From: Amoebophrya sp. A120
Lineage: Eukaryota; Protista; Dinoflagellata
Assembly (NCBI GenBank): GCA_905178155.1
Contig: CAJINV010000001.1
Coordinates: 8,091,599 to 8,155,598 of the forward strand
Length of the DNA stretch: 64,000 nucleotides
Reading direction: 5' to 3'
Positions 23,901 to 36,902 of this stretch are shown here, in pieces. A program made the translations under genes and the position numbers. How positions within the stretch are numbered: the stretch's first letter is position 1; each line of letters starts with the position of its first letter. The notes under the pieces were generated by a model. The model did no database searches and was not told where the DNA came from. It saw only the letters and a program-made list of their open reading frames with translations.

Positions 23901-26843
23901 GCGGGACGACAAGCTGCAGAGCCAAGAGCAGAAACTCCAGCACCATCACCACCGCACCAACCAAAGCCGGAAATAGTCTCGGCTCCTGTGACTATAACAG
24001 CCACAAGTCCGCAGCCTGGAGCTGCACCAACGCCGCAGATGGAACAAGATAGCACGGTGGCGGGAAAGAAAAAGAAAAAAGGTATAAAAACCAAATCCGA
24101 GGAAGTAACCGAGGGCATGCCTAGTCTCTACACAAAACGCCAGGAACAGGGAAGGTTTTTATGGCATCTTCTTGCGGATAGCAAGCGCCTTCAAGAGTTG
24201 GGCTTTTACACGTTTTCCATCCCGACACTCCCTGAAGTGTTGAATGCAACGGTCGCTTCGCCGAGTAAAAGCGATGGCCGTCTGCGATTTGTCCGGACAT
24301 TTGGGTTCGACCTGGATTGGTTAAATTTCCCCGTGGTCCGGGTGTCTTCGGTCCAACTTCGCACTCCCCGAAGCCGGGATCCGAGCTTCGCCACCAAACA
24401 CAAAGTGAAAGTTGGCGACTACCTGATTTGCTGTGTCACGCTCCGAGACCGCGTCACGCTGCTTGCCACCTGGCGAGGAAAAGATCCGTTCGATGCAATT
24501 CTCGGCCGCGTCGCGGCCCGGCAGAAGGAACGGAAGGACCCCGTTTGCAGCTTCTTGTTCCTGTCTGGCGAAATGCGCAAAAACTTTTTGCAGTTGGTGG
24601 CGACCAGCGTCGGCGACTTTCGTGGTGACCTCGGGTTTCAGGTGGTGGACGGAACGGGTGCGGTCGGGGGACTAGCCGGCGTTTCGACCGTTGAGCACAC
24701 CACTCGCACTGGCGTGGGAACCGTGATAAAGACGGAATCGATGCAAACCGTCTCGTTTTCGTCGACGTTTCAGTTGCAGCAGAAGGACGAGGTCTTTGTC
24801 GCGGTGGGCGGCACAACGGAGCTTTTGGTCGAAAAGGACTGGCGCAAGATGAAGACCTTGCTCTCGAAAGACGGCCCGCGGCCGTTGTACCTTCTGCTTC
24901 GGAGGAAGGCGGGGTTTCCGGAAGAGGAACTTGTCGCCGTCGATGCTGACATCAGCCGGGCACTGCCGCAGCAGTGGGCTGTAGCGCTTAGCGCACAGCC
25001 TCCGCATCTCGTGCAGCGCGACTACAAGATTCTTGCAGATGGGGATCCCTCGATGAATAAAGCACCGGCTGAAAAAAACGCTTCTGGTGCAGACGATGGG
25101 CAGAAGAAGGCGCGCCTAGCGCTGGCTCCTGCGCGGCCGCCGTTTCTGCTTCATCTCCTCGACAAGACCGCGTTGGACGATCGGCGCGCACAAATGCAGC
25201 TCGGTCTTCTCACCCTCCGCCTCGACACTCCCCTCCGCGAACTGGCCCAGATCACCGGCGGCAACTTGTCGGGCCGCGACAAACTCCTCAAAACTTTCGG
25301 GCTCGAGTTGGACTGGGCCGCGTTTCCGCGCGTAACGATCGACCGTGTGGAGCCGGCATCGGCGGCCGAGCGCGCAGGAACGAAGCCGGGCGACGTGCTC
25401 GTCGCGCTTTGCGGAGCTGCGGTGCCGACCATGGCCAGCTGGCCCGGCGAGGACCCAGACGACGCGGTGTATCACAAACTGATCGCGACGAACACGGTCC
25501 GGCGCGCGTTGTCCTTCGTGCAGGAAAACTACGTTACCTCCTACTGGGCCGTGCAAATCCTCGGACACGGTGCGCTGGCCTGCGAGAACGACGTGCGTGC
25601 GGTGCTCGACACGCGGGGCGTCATCCGCGCAGTGCCGGCCGCGAGTTGGGCGGAGCGAGAGGGTCTGCAGGTCGACGACAAGATTATCGTCATCGCGGAT
25701 CAGCTGATCGAAACCGGACCAACGGTGCAAAACACCGACGCAGTGAGTGTTTTCATCGACAAGTGCATGTTTCGGGATGTCGTGGGGAAGCAGGCCAGTA
25801 GCGAAGTAGTAGTAGCTTCTGGAGGAGGTGCAAGTAATACGCAAATGGAAATGCACGCGCCCGCGGTTGCATTGCTGATTCGCAGGAAGTCTGCGGTCGG
25901 GACAGTAGAGTTGACGAAAACGTTGTTTCCCCCGACGACGTTGCCATTAGTGTGGATGGACAAACTAGCTGCGCGCAAAGCCACAAAGAGTGACAGCCCG
26001 GCCCGGCTGGAGGTGCTACAGGCGGCGTACTCGGCAGCAGGCGACAGACAGAAAGCGACCAAACAAGATGAAACGGAAGTGGGCTTGTCAGCCGACGAAG
26101 TGCCGGAGGTCGTGACATTTTCATCGGCAGACGGTGGAGACGGTGAGAGGGTAGCACAGCGGTGGGAGCAGCAAGTCGACAGAGAGGAGATGGAAAAGAT
26201 GAACCGACTAGTGCTCGGCACTCAGCTGCGACCAAGAAACGAAGATGCTGTGGCTGTCACGCGGGCGCGCGGCGACGGCGGCGCGAGCGGGCTGAAGGCC
26301 AGCGCTTCATCACCCGCAGCATCGCCGAAACGCGCTGCACGGTTGCTGGGAAGCAGCTCGGCCGCGAAGAAGGAAAGCGACAAGCGGGTGCTGGATCAGG
26401 CACAGCACGCTTTTGAGCTACAACCTGTTGGCTCTCGTATTGCGATGGAGCAGTTTGGCGTCGCAAGCGGCGAACGGACTTCGGGAAAGCGCGGCTTTCC
26501 GTCAGACCCCGAAGCGGACACCCTGTCCCGTGTGCAGCTGGACCGACTGGCCAAAGAAGCTGCGGTTTTCGCGACGGACTCCTTGCACGACAAACATGCC
26601 AAGATCGCGCCGCATCAGGGGCGTGCGCGACGCGACGAAGCGTTGTTTTCCCCGGGGAAAAGAGCGCGGAGATCTGGTCCGCCAGTGCAGCTCCGGCTCT
26701 TCCAGGAACGCAACAAAGCCGGACGCACGTGGAACCAAGAGGCAGCCCGGTGTCCCACACTGCTAAAGGAAATGTGGAAGAGAACTTACATTTCTGCCAA
26801 AACGGGTAGAAGCGATCGCATGTTGCGGCCGGTGGTCAATTGA
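20928..26843 (+). CDS. Large repeat protein with five units of paired PDZ-like domains, 2 exons (20928-21275, 21474-26843), ~1905 aa
   Basis: GT-AG intron 21276-21473 (198 nt, in frame). Five repeats of PYL.S.L...FG..LDW..FP.V.V..V.P.S.A.R.G...GD.L...R.LP..W. The pattern of V..V.P.S.A..AG...GD.I..V matches the PDZ beta-C/alpha-A/beta-D signature. Confidence 0.8.
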
Positions 26844-27407
26844 AGCTGAAATACAAAGAGCAATGCAGTAGCCACCGAAGACAGAGAAGTCGTCTGTGGA
26901 TGATTTTTGCCATAAGGATAAGTTAATTCACATGATGTTCAGCAGCTTCAGGAGGACGAGGACTAGGACAGGGAGAAAGACTTGAACTTGAATCAATACG
27001 AACCGCAACCCGTTGGGATTATGTATCCGAATCACACGAGCGCGCTGCTGCTATGGTAAAAATACAGCGCCGCACAAGCGTCGTCAGTGCTCTCGTGTTG
27101 TTCATCATCATCTTCATTTCTCAGTAGCGTCTGAGGTCCGCAACGAGGTTGCTAAGGAAAAAAGTTGTCGACTGAGCGATCATGTCTATCACACAGCCTT
27201 TCGCGGCTCTTCAGTTATTCTGTGTTGCGGGTCTAAAGCCGAAATGCTGTGGGTGAACTACTTACTCACATGTTCTTTATTCAACGATTCACTCTACTTA
27301 CTTAAGTTAATTCCTCTACATGGGTCGTAGTTTTTTCACATGATGGTGCCGCCTCCTGGAAAAGTTTCCTGAAATTGGTGTAGCAACGACAACGAGCTTG
27401 GGGCGGC

Positions 27408-29830
27408 ATGCCGACCATCCGGCGGCTGAAGATGAAGTGCGTTTCGTTCTTTATTTTTTGTGTAGCCGAAAACACTGCATCGTCGGGTCTGGCTGCCCGT
27501 CTGCGCGTCGGAAAGAGTGCCGATGGCACCGAAAATGAGGAGGACCTGGTGGAGCAGGAGCGGGGGCTGGACCAAGATGATCACACAGATGCCCAGAATC
27601 GCATGGCGGAAGATGGAATGACACACGTATCTATACTCACGCATGATTCTTCTAATATATAAGCTTACGTGTACAACGAAGTCGTAGATGTAAAACATCT
27701 GCTCACAAACACAATAAAAGTCGCGGCGACCACCGCGTCAGGCTCAGGTGCAAAACCATACCAATTGAAACCTGATAGTTTGACTTTCATTTCATCACTC
27801 TGACCACAGGCAATCATGCGCACCGTGTTGGAGAATTTCCACAAGACCGTTATGCAGCCACTGGTGGAGGAGTCGAAAGCTCGAATTGACGTCGCGCTCA
27901 AAGATGCGGATGCAAAATTGGAGAGCGACCAGGAGCAAATCAACCAGGAAATCAGTTTGGCGGAAACCAAGATCGCGGAGATGCAGTCCTCGTTGGACGA
28001 AAACCTGCGCCGGAAGCAGACACAGGTCGCCGAGCTTAAAAACCTACTGCAGCAGCAACTGCAAAACTACACGGAGACCATGTCTCGTGTCAAGGAAATG
28101 CTGGGGACGAGCGTGCAGGAAAGCAAAACGGAGCTACAATCCGTGCACCAGTACCTCGCCGAGCAGCGCGAGGCGGTGCTGGCCGAGATCGGGGAGGTCG
28201 GCGATGGCGAAGAAGATGAAAACGCTACAAATTTCACCAACATCACCACCGAAGCCAACATGACAGCCGCCGATCCGAGCGTGAGTGCCAACGTCACCGC
28301 AGGAGGATCAGAAAGCGAGGCGAATTTGACGGCCGGTGGCGCGGGGTCTGCCAATGTTACGATGAATAACATCACAGGAGACAACAGCACCGGCCTCGAG
28401 ACCCTTGAACTCGGAGGTGACGAAAACGAGGAAGGGGACACTCCCGCTCAGGTTTTTCTCGAGACAGCAAACAGTGACATCAGCAGTTTCGGCAAGTCGG
28501 GCGCAGAGTTCTTGCAAGTTGCTGACGGTGCACTCGAGAACGCCGACCACACGTTGTCCGAGAACTATGCAACAGAAAATCCCTCGTCCCTGATTCCGGA
28601 TTCGACGTCCCTCCTGCGAACAAAGGTCGCACGGATTCTGGAGGGCGGCAAGAAGAAAATCGTGCGGACCGCTCAGCAAAAAGTGCTAAGTGTGAAGAAC
28701 ATGATGAAACTGAGGACGAATAAAGCAAGCGGTAGAACGACTGCAAGGCTGCATGGCGGCAATGAAAAACTGCACACGACGAAGATGAAGTCGAAATCCA
28801 TCAAAGCCGCGATGAGCAGTCCGGTGATTGATCCAGATACTCAGGAGGAAGCGAAAAGCTTCGCCGAAAAAGCGGGAGATGCTATTAACGCCCACATTCT
28901 AGCCGAAGTCGACGAGTACACGAAAGGACTCAGAGACGAGGTGCTGTCCATGGTCCAAGAGGTGGGGGAGCAGCTGCACCAGCGCACGCTGGCCATTCAC
29001 GACACCGTCGAGAGCGCCCGCGACAACTTCGAAGACGCTGGAATGGCTGCCAACGCCGAGGTCAGCGCGGATCTTCAGGTAAGTTTTTACTGGGACGAAT
29101 GTTGGTAAACGCAGAGCTAACAGGACTGAGGTCCTTGCTTTTCATCAAACGCCACCAATGTAAAGTGATAGTCGACGCAAGTCGACTGCTGCAACATTAA
29201 GCACATCAAAATGGAAAGACCAGGACTACAGCCTCAATTTTTTGCATCATATCATCATAACTCCACATGCAAACAAATCCATCACAGAGCGAAACCGAGA
29301 CGGCACAGAATTTGGGGGACTCGCAAAGCAATCTGCAGACGGCTGTGGCAGAGAGCACGCTCTCGAACCAGAACGACTTCGGTATTTACAGCACGAGTAC
29401 CAGCACGCCACAGCCCGTCCTCTTTCTCCAATTAGACACTGCGAACAAGAAAGAAATTGAAAACAGAAAAAGCAACAAAGAGAAGGAGGACGAATTTTTT
29501 GAGGCCGAGCGGAGCGAAAGTCAAAGTAGTACAACTGTTGACCTCCAGTCGACCGACGCATCTGCGGAGGATCATGGCACCAGGGTAAATATGCGAGGTA
29601 ACGGCGAGCAGCAATTTCAAAGCGACCTGGAGGACCAGCTGGACCTGGTAAAGAGTGCTTCAGACGCGGTGTCCAAAGCAGCGAAGGAAGCCGCAGAGGT
29701 GGCGGGAGAAGAGTACACGGGCGCGATAGGCGAAGGCGCGACCAATTCGACTGCGGGTTCTTCAAGTCCAGATGAAGAGGAGACAAGCCCAAGCGAAGAG
29801 GAGGACACCGACGAGGCGGAGCAGGAATAA
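27408..29830 (+). CDS. Probable secreted acidic coiled-coil glycoprotein, 3 exons (27408-27626, 27810-29078, 29288-29830), ~676 aa
   Basis: GT-AG introns 27627-27809 and 29079-29287 join three ORFs in frame. Hydrophobic N-terminus (MKCVSFFIFCVA). Cluster of N-x-T sequons at ~28220-28390. Start codon uncertain. Confidence 0.7.
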
Positions 29831-30785
29831 GCTTGGGAAGGTGCTAGCGATGGAGGTTTGTTCGAGGCGGTGCTAGTAGTGAACAAGCTGCAGCGAAGCA
29901 GTATCATATCGTGAATCGATTTTTTTTCTTCGGTTTCTTCTTGACGTTTTATTACGGCAAAGCAATCTATGTCTTACTTTGTCTATCAGAAAACAAGATC
30001 GATGGAGATTGATAGGATGCCTATCAATCCTACTAGCGCCACATTTTTCGAGAATATAGTCGCCAGCGGTCAACAGCCGGCCGCAAGCTTTTTTTAGAAG
30101 ATGAACGAATTCATCGGCTTGTATTCAATGTAAACTCTAACCTAGTAAACTTTGCTGGCAGCCACCACAGATCACAACTGTATAATCGAAAAGACTTTGT
30201 CTATGGGGGGCGGAGGATTTCCCAAAGGGAAGGAGAAAGTAGACTCGAATAGTTTTACAAATGCACACTGTAGTTTCATCGTCATTTCAGTACCCTCAGC
30301 CGATCGAAGAAGCATAACATATCATGGACTGCATCTTCGCAGCACCCATGTGCTTTTGGGTTACTCTTACTTACCACAGAGACGGACATACGGAGTGTGT
30401 AAAGTATTGTTCCTTTCATCGAGAGAAAGACTGTTCGCTATCGATCCGAAATTTTCCGTGTCGTTTGGCCCTAAAGGAAGAGGGCAGATCGTGTACTTAT
30501 TCGCAAACGAAAGTGACCTGCCATCGGAGAGTGAGAGGGAGAGCCACAGAGCAGTGCAATGACAGATCACGAGCGAATATGTTCGAATTGTCAGCGGACG
30601 AACACGATGATTCAAATTTGTCGATCATTTAAAGCTATGATCATAAAGCAAAGCGCAATCGTGGCACATTCGCGTAGTTCTTCTAGGTGTCGCGTGTCGT
30701 GAAGATTCGGTTGGTCCTTGCACTGCCGAATGAGTTTTCTTGAATTGGCGTGAATACCTATCAACGAACCTGGTCACTGAGGATC

Positions 30786-33700
30786 ATGGACGCTGCTGCA
30801 GATCCAGACCCGGGGGTAGCTGCACCTTCCGGGCCCTCCACGACATCGGCTCGCCCAAAAAGCAGCGTGCGCCGGACGCGCGCAGTTATATCACCCTATG
30901 ATATCTTCGAGGACGAAGATGAGGCGGAGCACGAGTTGGATACTTTTTTTCTCGCGGCAGAGCAGCAGAATGAGCCCATTTCGCCCCGCAGTCCAGCTAA
31001 CCGGCCTTCCACGTCGTGTTCGCACACCGCGCAAACGAAATTCGACGCCGCAGCGCGCACGGCAAGGAGGGCAGAGCGCGCGATCGCGGAGCAAGAATTC
31101 ACCAGGATGCGGAACCAATCCGCCGGCGGAGGGGGGCCAGGTGCCGGAGGCGTTGTGGACCATGCGGCATTCATGCAGGAGAGCGGCAAGGTCACAGGCC
31201 AAATTAGCCAGATCGAGCAGGGCGTAGAGCAGGTGCTCACGCGGCACAAAGAATTTGCGCAAGGCCAGGCAAACAAACTGAATCGGGCCCAGACCGCAAC
31301 GCTCAGCAGTCGGAAGGGAAGCATGGCAAATTTGGGTGCTAGGGAAACGGCAGGTACGGATAAAATAAGTACTTATGTGCTAGCTCTGACTTAGTGTAGA
31401 AGTAGATCTAGATCTAGATGATACGTACTTGTTTAGTACTGAAAATAAAACTACCAGTCGGAATAGGTTTGAAAATTAGTATGTACTATGAAGTATACAG
31501 AAAAAAGAATGTTGACGAAACAGAAAATGGAATGCGAATGGTAACCGGCATAGTATACGCTAAAACACTCACAAGGTGGCGCGACGGGCTCGGGTGCGGG
31601 AGCTGATAGCGCACGCGATAGCGACGACGAGAACCGAGGACTGCAACTGGTTGCGCGTGACCTTTGTCCACCCGAATGGGTGCGGAACGCGATGAAGTCG
31701 CAGAAAGGTGCGCGCGACATGATCAGTGCCAATATACAGGCGGTGCCGGAGTTCGCGCCCTCTACCGCAAGTTCCCGACGAAGACTCCGCAGTGCGGAGC
31801 GACACCGACAACAAATGAAGTTCCAGGAGAACGCAAGACAACAGAACTACGAGTAATATCAACGATGTAATTATCAATAAATTTCATCTGCACCATGATG
31901 TATGAGCTGCGTATCTTTTTGGACCGTGAAGGTGAAATTGTGTTGAAGGGTTTTTGTTCGTCTCCGAAATAAAACGAAAAGCTTTTTGATTGCGCCTGTT
32001 GACATTGATGCCCACTTCTTTTCGCATCAGGTTTACGCGAAAGACGCAGCACAGCTACGCGGTAAAGCGTGTCTGAGGCTAACAAAAGCGTCACCGCCCA
32101 GGGCTATCCAAAGCCTTCGCCGCGCATCATCCAGAGGGTCGCGCTTTCGTGCTTAGCGCAGCCCCAGCTCATGCGCCAGGGAGCGCTCTGCACACTGACA
32201 GAATAACCGCCGGCCACTGCGTCCAAGTTCGCGCGCCCGGGCGCGAGCTGATGCCCCACCCAAAGAGCCCCCCCAAGCCGGGGCTACGCCGGCGGTCGCA
32301 CCGGGCCGCGGCAGTGTGCGCGCCCACTCGTCTCTCTTTGTGTCAGGCAGCAGATGATGGCCCCTCCGGTGTTGTCTTTGGTGCCTGCGCCGTGCCGTCG
32401 GTCCTAAATTAGGACCGGTGGGGCGCTGGCTCCATAAAATGATATGCATATGGCTATGGGACCACGTCCACGAAGCAAAGACGGCGCTTCAGCTGCGCAC
32501 GTTCCCGCTCGTGCATAGATAAGAACACTACTGCAGCGACCTGCTGTCGTGTTTTGGGATGAAGCAGAGTTGTAGCTTCGGCTCCAAATGTTCCCGCTCT
32601 CGTTTTCTGTTGTTCTTATCCTCCAACTCCGTGCATAGATAAAGAAGTTTTCATCTATGCACGGAGATGATTGGACGATCAGAGTTGAAGCTTCTCCTCC
32701 AGATGTTCCCGCTCTCTCAAAAATGGTGTTCTTATCCCTCCTGTTCGTGCATAGAGAAGAACACCATTTTTAGGTCGTTACAAACATGTTCTTATCTATG
32801 CACCATTTGGAACAGCATTTTTGCGAGAGCGGGAACCTCTGGCGCAGAAGATGTCACTCTGCTTCGTGCCAGCCACCAACTTCAGGTCGTTGCAAGCGTG
32901 TTCTTATCTATGCACGACGTGGAGGATAAGAGCAGCAGTGTTCGAGAGCGGGAACATTTGGCGCAGAAGCTCCAACTCTGCTTCACGCCAAAACATCAAT
33001 GCCAGGGCGTTGCAGTAGGTGTTCTTATCTATCTCTCCGAAGCGTTCAAACGAGTACCAGGCGGGAAGCTTTCAAGGTCTTCTGCCAGTGCGTCCACCAT
33101 CGCCGCGAAAGCGGTGCCAACGGTGAGTGAGTGGGGCGGTGGGTGGGAGATTGGGTTGCGCTTGAAGAGTTCCAAGGGGTCACGAGGGGCCTGCGCACCA
33201 AGTCCGCACGAGCCGGCTTGCGGCCTTTTTTGGGTTGCGAGTACGTAGGGCCCGGGGCCGCGGAAAAGATGCGCGCCTGCGCCGGATGGCTGTGTTGTGA
33301 GTGCCCGTTGGGCGCGTCGATCTGCGCAGTGGGGGGGCCTCATTAGTCTAGGTCTAGGCTCGCCGGGGTGCTGAAATGCCTGCTGGTTCCTCTAGAACGA
33401 CGCCTGGGCCGCGTGCAAAAACCCACCAGGGGAGGCAACAGCACTTCTACGCAGGCGCGCCCATAAAAACTGCAGCGCCTGCCTTGGCGCAAAAAAAAAG
33501 GCAAATCCCGACGGTATGCTGCGAATTTCTTTAAGGATAAGAACAGTGCTGCAGATCACCTATTTCGTCTCTATACATCAGGTTTACGCGAAAGACGCAG
33601 CACAGCTACGCGGTAAAGCAGCGGAAAGCCGAGCTTGCGGAGTGGCGGAAGAAGAACATGAAACCTACAGAGCTCTACGACCTAGTTAGGCCGCCGAGTG

Positions 33701-35720
33701 CGAGTGCCCGGTCAGGTACCAGCTCCCGACCAGCCAGCAGACCTGGCACCGCCTCGGAAGCCCACAGAGGGTATTGATTGTAGGTCTTTCTTGATCTTGT
33801 GTACTAGATCTAGATGCTTGTGCTTTCATGTGGGCGAAATCAATCTCTCGTTGTAGGCATGCGAATCTCGACCTTTGTATCTATTCTCTGATTCTTTACC
33901 CATTCCATGGATCGTGCACTCGAAAAAAAACACAGCGCCTTTCCACCCCCCGAGGAGGAGGAGGACGGGCGAACGCTACTCCAAAAAATGTGGGATACTC
34001 TAATCCCGCCACGAGACCCCGCAGAACTGCTGCCGCCACCACCGCGAAATATGCAGGACGACGACGACGACTTGCCAGACGGCCCGCCCTGCGGGGTGTT
34101 TTGGTTGCAGCTCGTCACGGTTTTTGACTTTCTGCAAGCGGTCGAGGACAAACTGAAACCGCCAGTACTCGAACCCGCAGTAGAAAAGAGGCTGAAGCGA
34201 CAATGTATGATGATTTTTTCCAAATATACGTGCACTTGTGTCTTTGCCGGTCACGGTCAGGTTGCCTTGCTTGGTGCATCGACGCAAAAAATCATACATA
34301 GATCATACTCTGCCTCTGGAGAACTAAAGTTGTCTCATCGTCTACAACTCTTAATTGTTTATCACAGGCAACTTCGTTGTCGCCGGCATGCGGCTGCGCA
34401 AGGCTTTACGGGTGAGGAGGAAAATGGCCGGAATAATCCACCACGCGTTAGAAGGTTGGGTACCAATGCGGACCACATGGTTCTGCATGTCCTACTTTAA
34501 TCGCGCCGTCACCATTCAACGCTGGTGGAGAGGCTGTAAGGCAGAAATACGGACGGAATACCTCCGGATACGAGAAAAGTAAAATTCGGACATGGTTCTC
34601 GTCCTTGTTCTTTTCGTGCTCGTTCAAAATTCGTGCATCGGTTTGTCACGCTCGGCGCCGTAAATCTGACTTTCAAGCTCACGATACTCATACGGTCGGC
34701 TTTTTCGCTTGACCACGTCTAGGCTGAAAAGATAGAAGTAGAACGAATTTTTTGCATTTCGAAACTACTTAAATCAAAACAGGTTCTGCGAGATCGAGAA
34801 GAAGGTTATGTACAAGAAGGCCAAAGAGATGGACGAAGTGCAAGCCAAGGAGAAGGCCAAGTTTGAGGCCACACAGAAGAACAAGGCGCGGCAGCGGCTT
34901 AGCAAGAAGAAGGAGCCCACAGCGGCGGAGTGGGAGGAGCGGATTCGGTTTATGATGGTGCCAGAGGAAATCCGAGTGCGCGTGGTCAAGGACTACCTCC
35001 GCTACACTCGCTTCCTCCGAGTACAGGAGATCACCAAGCACCAGCAACACTGGTTCAAGGAGCGCGCGGACTGGCTGCTCGGCCGGACCGCGACGACCTT
35101 CTTGGGTCTGAAACTCGGGAAAACGGGGAAGAAAGCGCCCCCGATGCCGCTGTGCCCGCCCATGATGCCGTCGCTCGACGCGTTTCTGGATCTCATCAAG
35201 CAGGCACACGCGCTGAAGGACGGGTATCCGGCAGACTTCTACGTGCCACTGGAAACGCGAGTCAGAAAATTCGTCGAGGCCGAAGAGGAGAAGCAGTTAA
35301 AAGAGGGCGTCAAGAAGAAAAAACCAAAACTATCCGGAAAGGAAATCATCCAGCAGACATTTCTGGCACAGGATCCAGACGCAGGATCAGCGGTATCTAC
35401 TATGTCCATTTTGATGTTATTCCTGATGATGTCTTGTGTGACCCCAGCGATAGGAAAAACAGGTGGCAATTCATCATTCGTTGCCGTTGGTCTTTTGAAA
35501 AGCAAAACAAGTGTGAAACTCAAAAAAAATCTTCCCTGCTCAGACTGAAGACGCGCCAGACGACCTTGCGGATTCCAAGACTACGGCCCAGGTGATGGCC
35601 GGACTGAAGGACCGCTTTCAGGCTCAGCAGAAAAAGATCCTCGCGGAGCCCGTGGAGCGCGATTCAGACGTCGATGAAACGTTTCAGGAACTACCACGAA
35701 TTCTACCGCCGAAGGCGTGA
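30786..35720 (+). CDS. IQ-motif coiled-coil protein, 7 exons (30786-31353, 31576-31852, 33582-33770, 33936-34204, 34368-34578, 34783-35392, 35544-35720), ~766 aa
   Basis: Six GT-AG introns give a continuous 2301-nt frame. IQ motif AVTIQRWWRGCK at ~34505-34540. Confidence 0.75.
32069..33575. mobile_element. 1.5-kb insertion with an internal foldback of ~120-bp units, flanked by a perfect 44-bp direct repeat
   Basis: catcaggtttacgcgaaagacgcagcacagctacgcggtaaagc occurs at 32025-32068 and 33576-33619. Internal units gtgcatagataagaac...gaagcagagtt...tgttcccgctctc run forward at ~32510-32765 and inverted at ~32785-33032. Confidence 0.75.
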
Positions 35721-36902
35721 AGTAGATGAAGGCGAGACAGTAGATCTTGCAGCTGTAATTTTCTTGTAAAATTTGAACTTAAAGATAAAGAACCATCCAT
35801 ATCCAACAAAGTTTCAAAACATCCAACAATTCCAATCCATCAATATGATTCAAAATACAGCAATGTCTAATATGCAAGCAAAGTCGATAGTCGGTCGACG
35901 AACCAGTACAATTTCCAAGAATGCTACTGCTTGAGAGAACTTTCTTTTACAATGATTCTTTGTTTACTGTAGAAGTGCTAATCTTCGAAAAAGAAAAACC
36001 TTTATATTGACCTCTATAGGATGCACAATGCTTCAAATGGATAATCTCATTTTGGTGGTCTTCCTTCTGCTGCAACAAGAATCGCTCGTCCCGAGGAGGA
36101 GGAGGGTCCACTGAAGTGGAAGCACCGAAATAGGGCAGTGTTGCACCACCCCCGCGCTGCGCTCTTCTAACGGATCATTTGGAGCCTGGCAGAGCTTCCG
36201 GTAGGAATGAACTTTTTTGGAAAAAAATCAATGCAACAGAAGTGACAGGTGAAGCAAAGAAAGACCAATGAGTGGAGTAGTCTAGGAGTAGGACGACTAA
36301 TACAGAACTATACGTGGCCGCAACTGTGGCACAGAGAGTCAACAATGACTTGCAGTTCTTTCCTGATACGCACAGATGCGCGTGCTGCAGCTTCAATGCA
36401 TTTTCTACACTGCTCGATGAAGTTGGTGGGGCAATGTGATGTCTTCCATATTCAGGTAAGAAGCTTGTGCTTGTGCGGTTTTGAGCGCTTCGGTTCGTCA
36501 ACGTAGTTTATCAGTTTATCGGGAGCGTGGAAGTTTGAAATTCACACGCCGGCGTTTTTTGTCTTGCCGTGGAATGTAGAACTGCTTGTGCCGATGCTGG
36601 AGCGCCGCTGAGAGTTCGTTGAACTTCAAGTTTGCGTTTTTTACAGTTCGCAGAGAGATAGCTTTGAATTACTGACGAGTTTGCGGGTTCGTTTGAAGGC
36701 ACGGCGACACAGACAGTGCCTTCAATAAGAATAAATGCTAGCAGTGAAGTAAAAAGGGGCAGCCCACTCAGCAGGCTTGCGTTTTCGATGTCGAAGGTAG
36801 AGATATAAGCGGATATTTTTGTATTGGAGTCGTGCCTAATCCACATTCACTGATCATGGGCCCGGAGCGTTCTTGAGTGCTCAAAGTGTATGGGAACATG
36901 AA

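Noticed and set aside
27053-27123. Signal-peptide-like mini-ORF (MVKIQRRTSVVSALVLFIIIFIS) as the first exon of the 27408 gene
   Set aside because: Neither the GT-AG join nor the direct-repeat join I tested preserves the frame.
32500-33035. Repeat array as a CRISPR
   Set aside because: Units are degenerate and inverted, the intervening sequences are homologous rather than unique spacers, no cas genes are present, and the context is eukaryotic.
32667-33248. ORF inside the insertion as a transposase or reverse transcriptase
   Set aside because: It is a translation of the repeat units with no DDE, RT or HUH motif.
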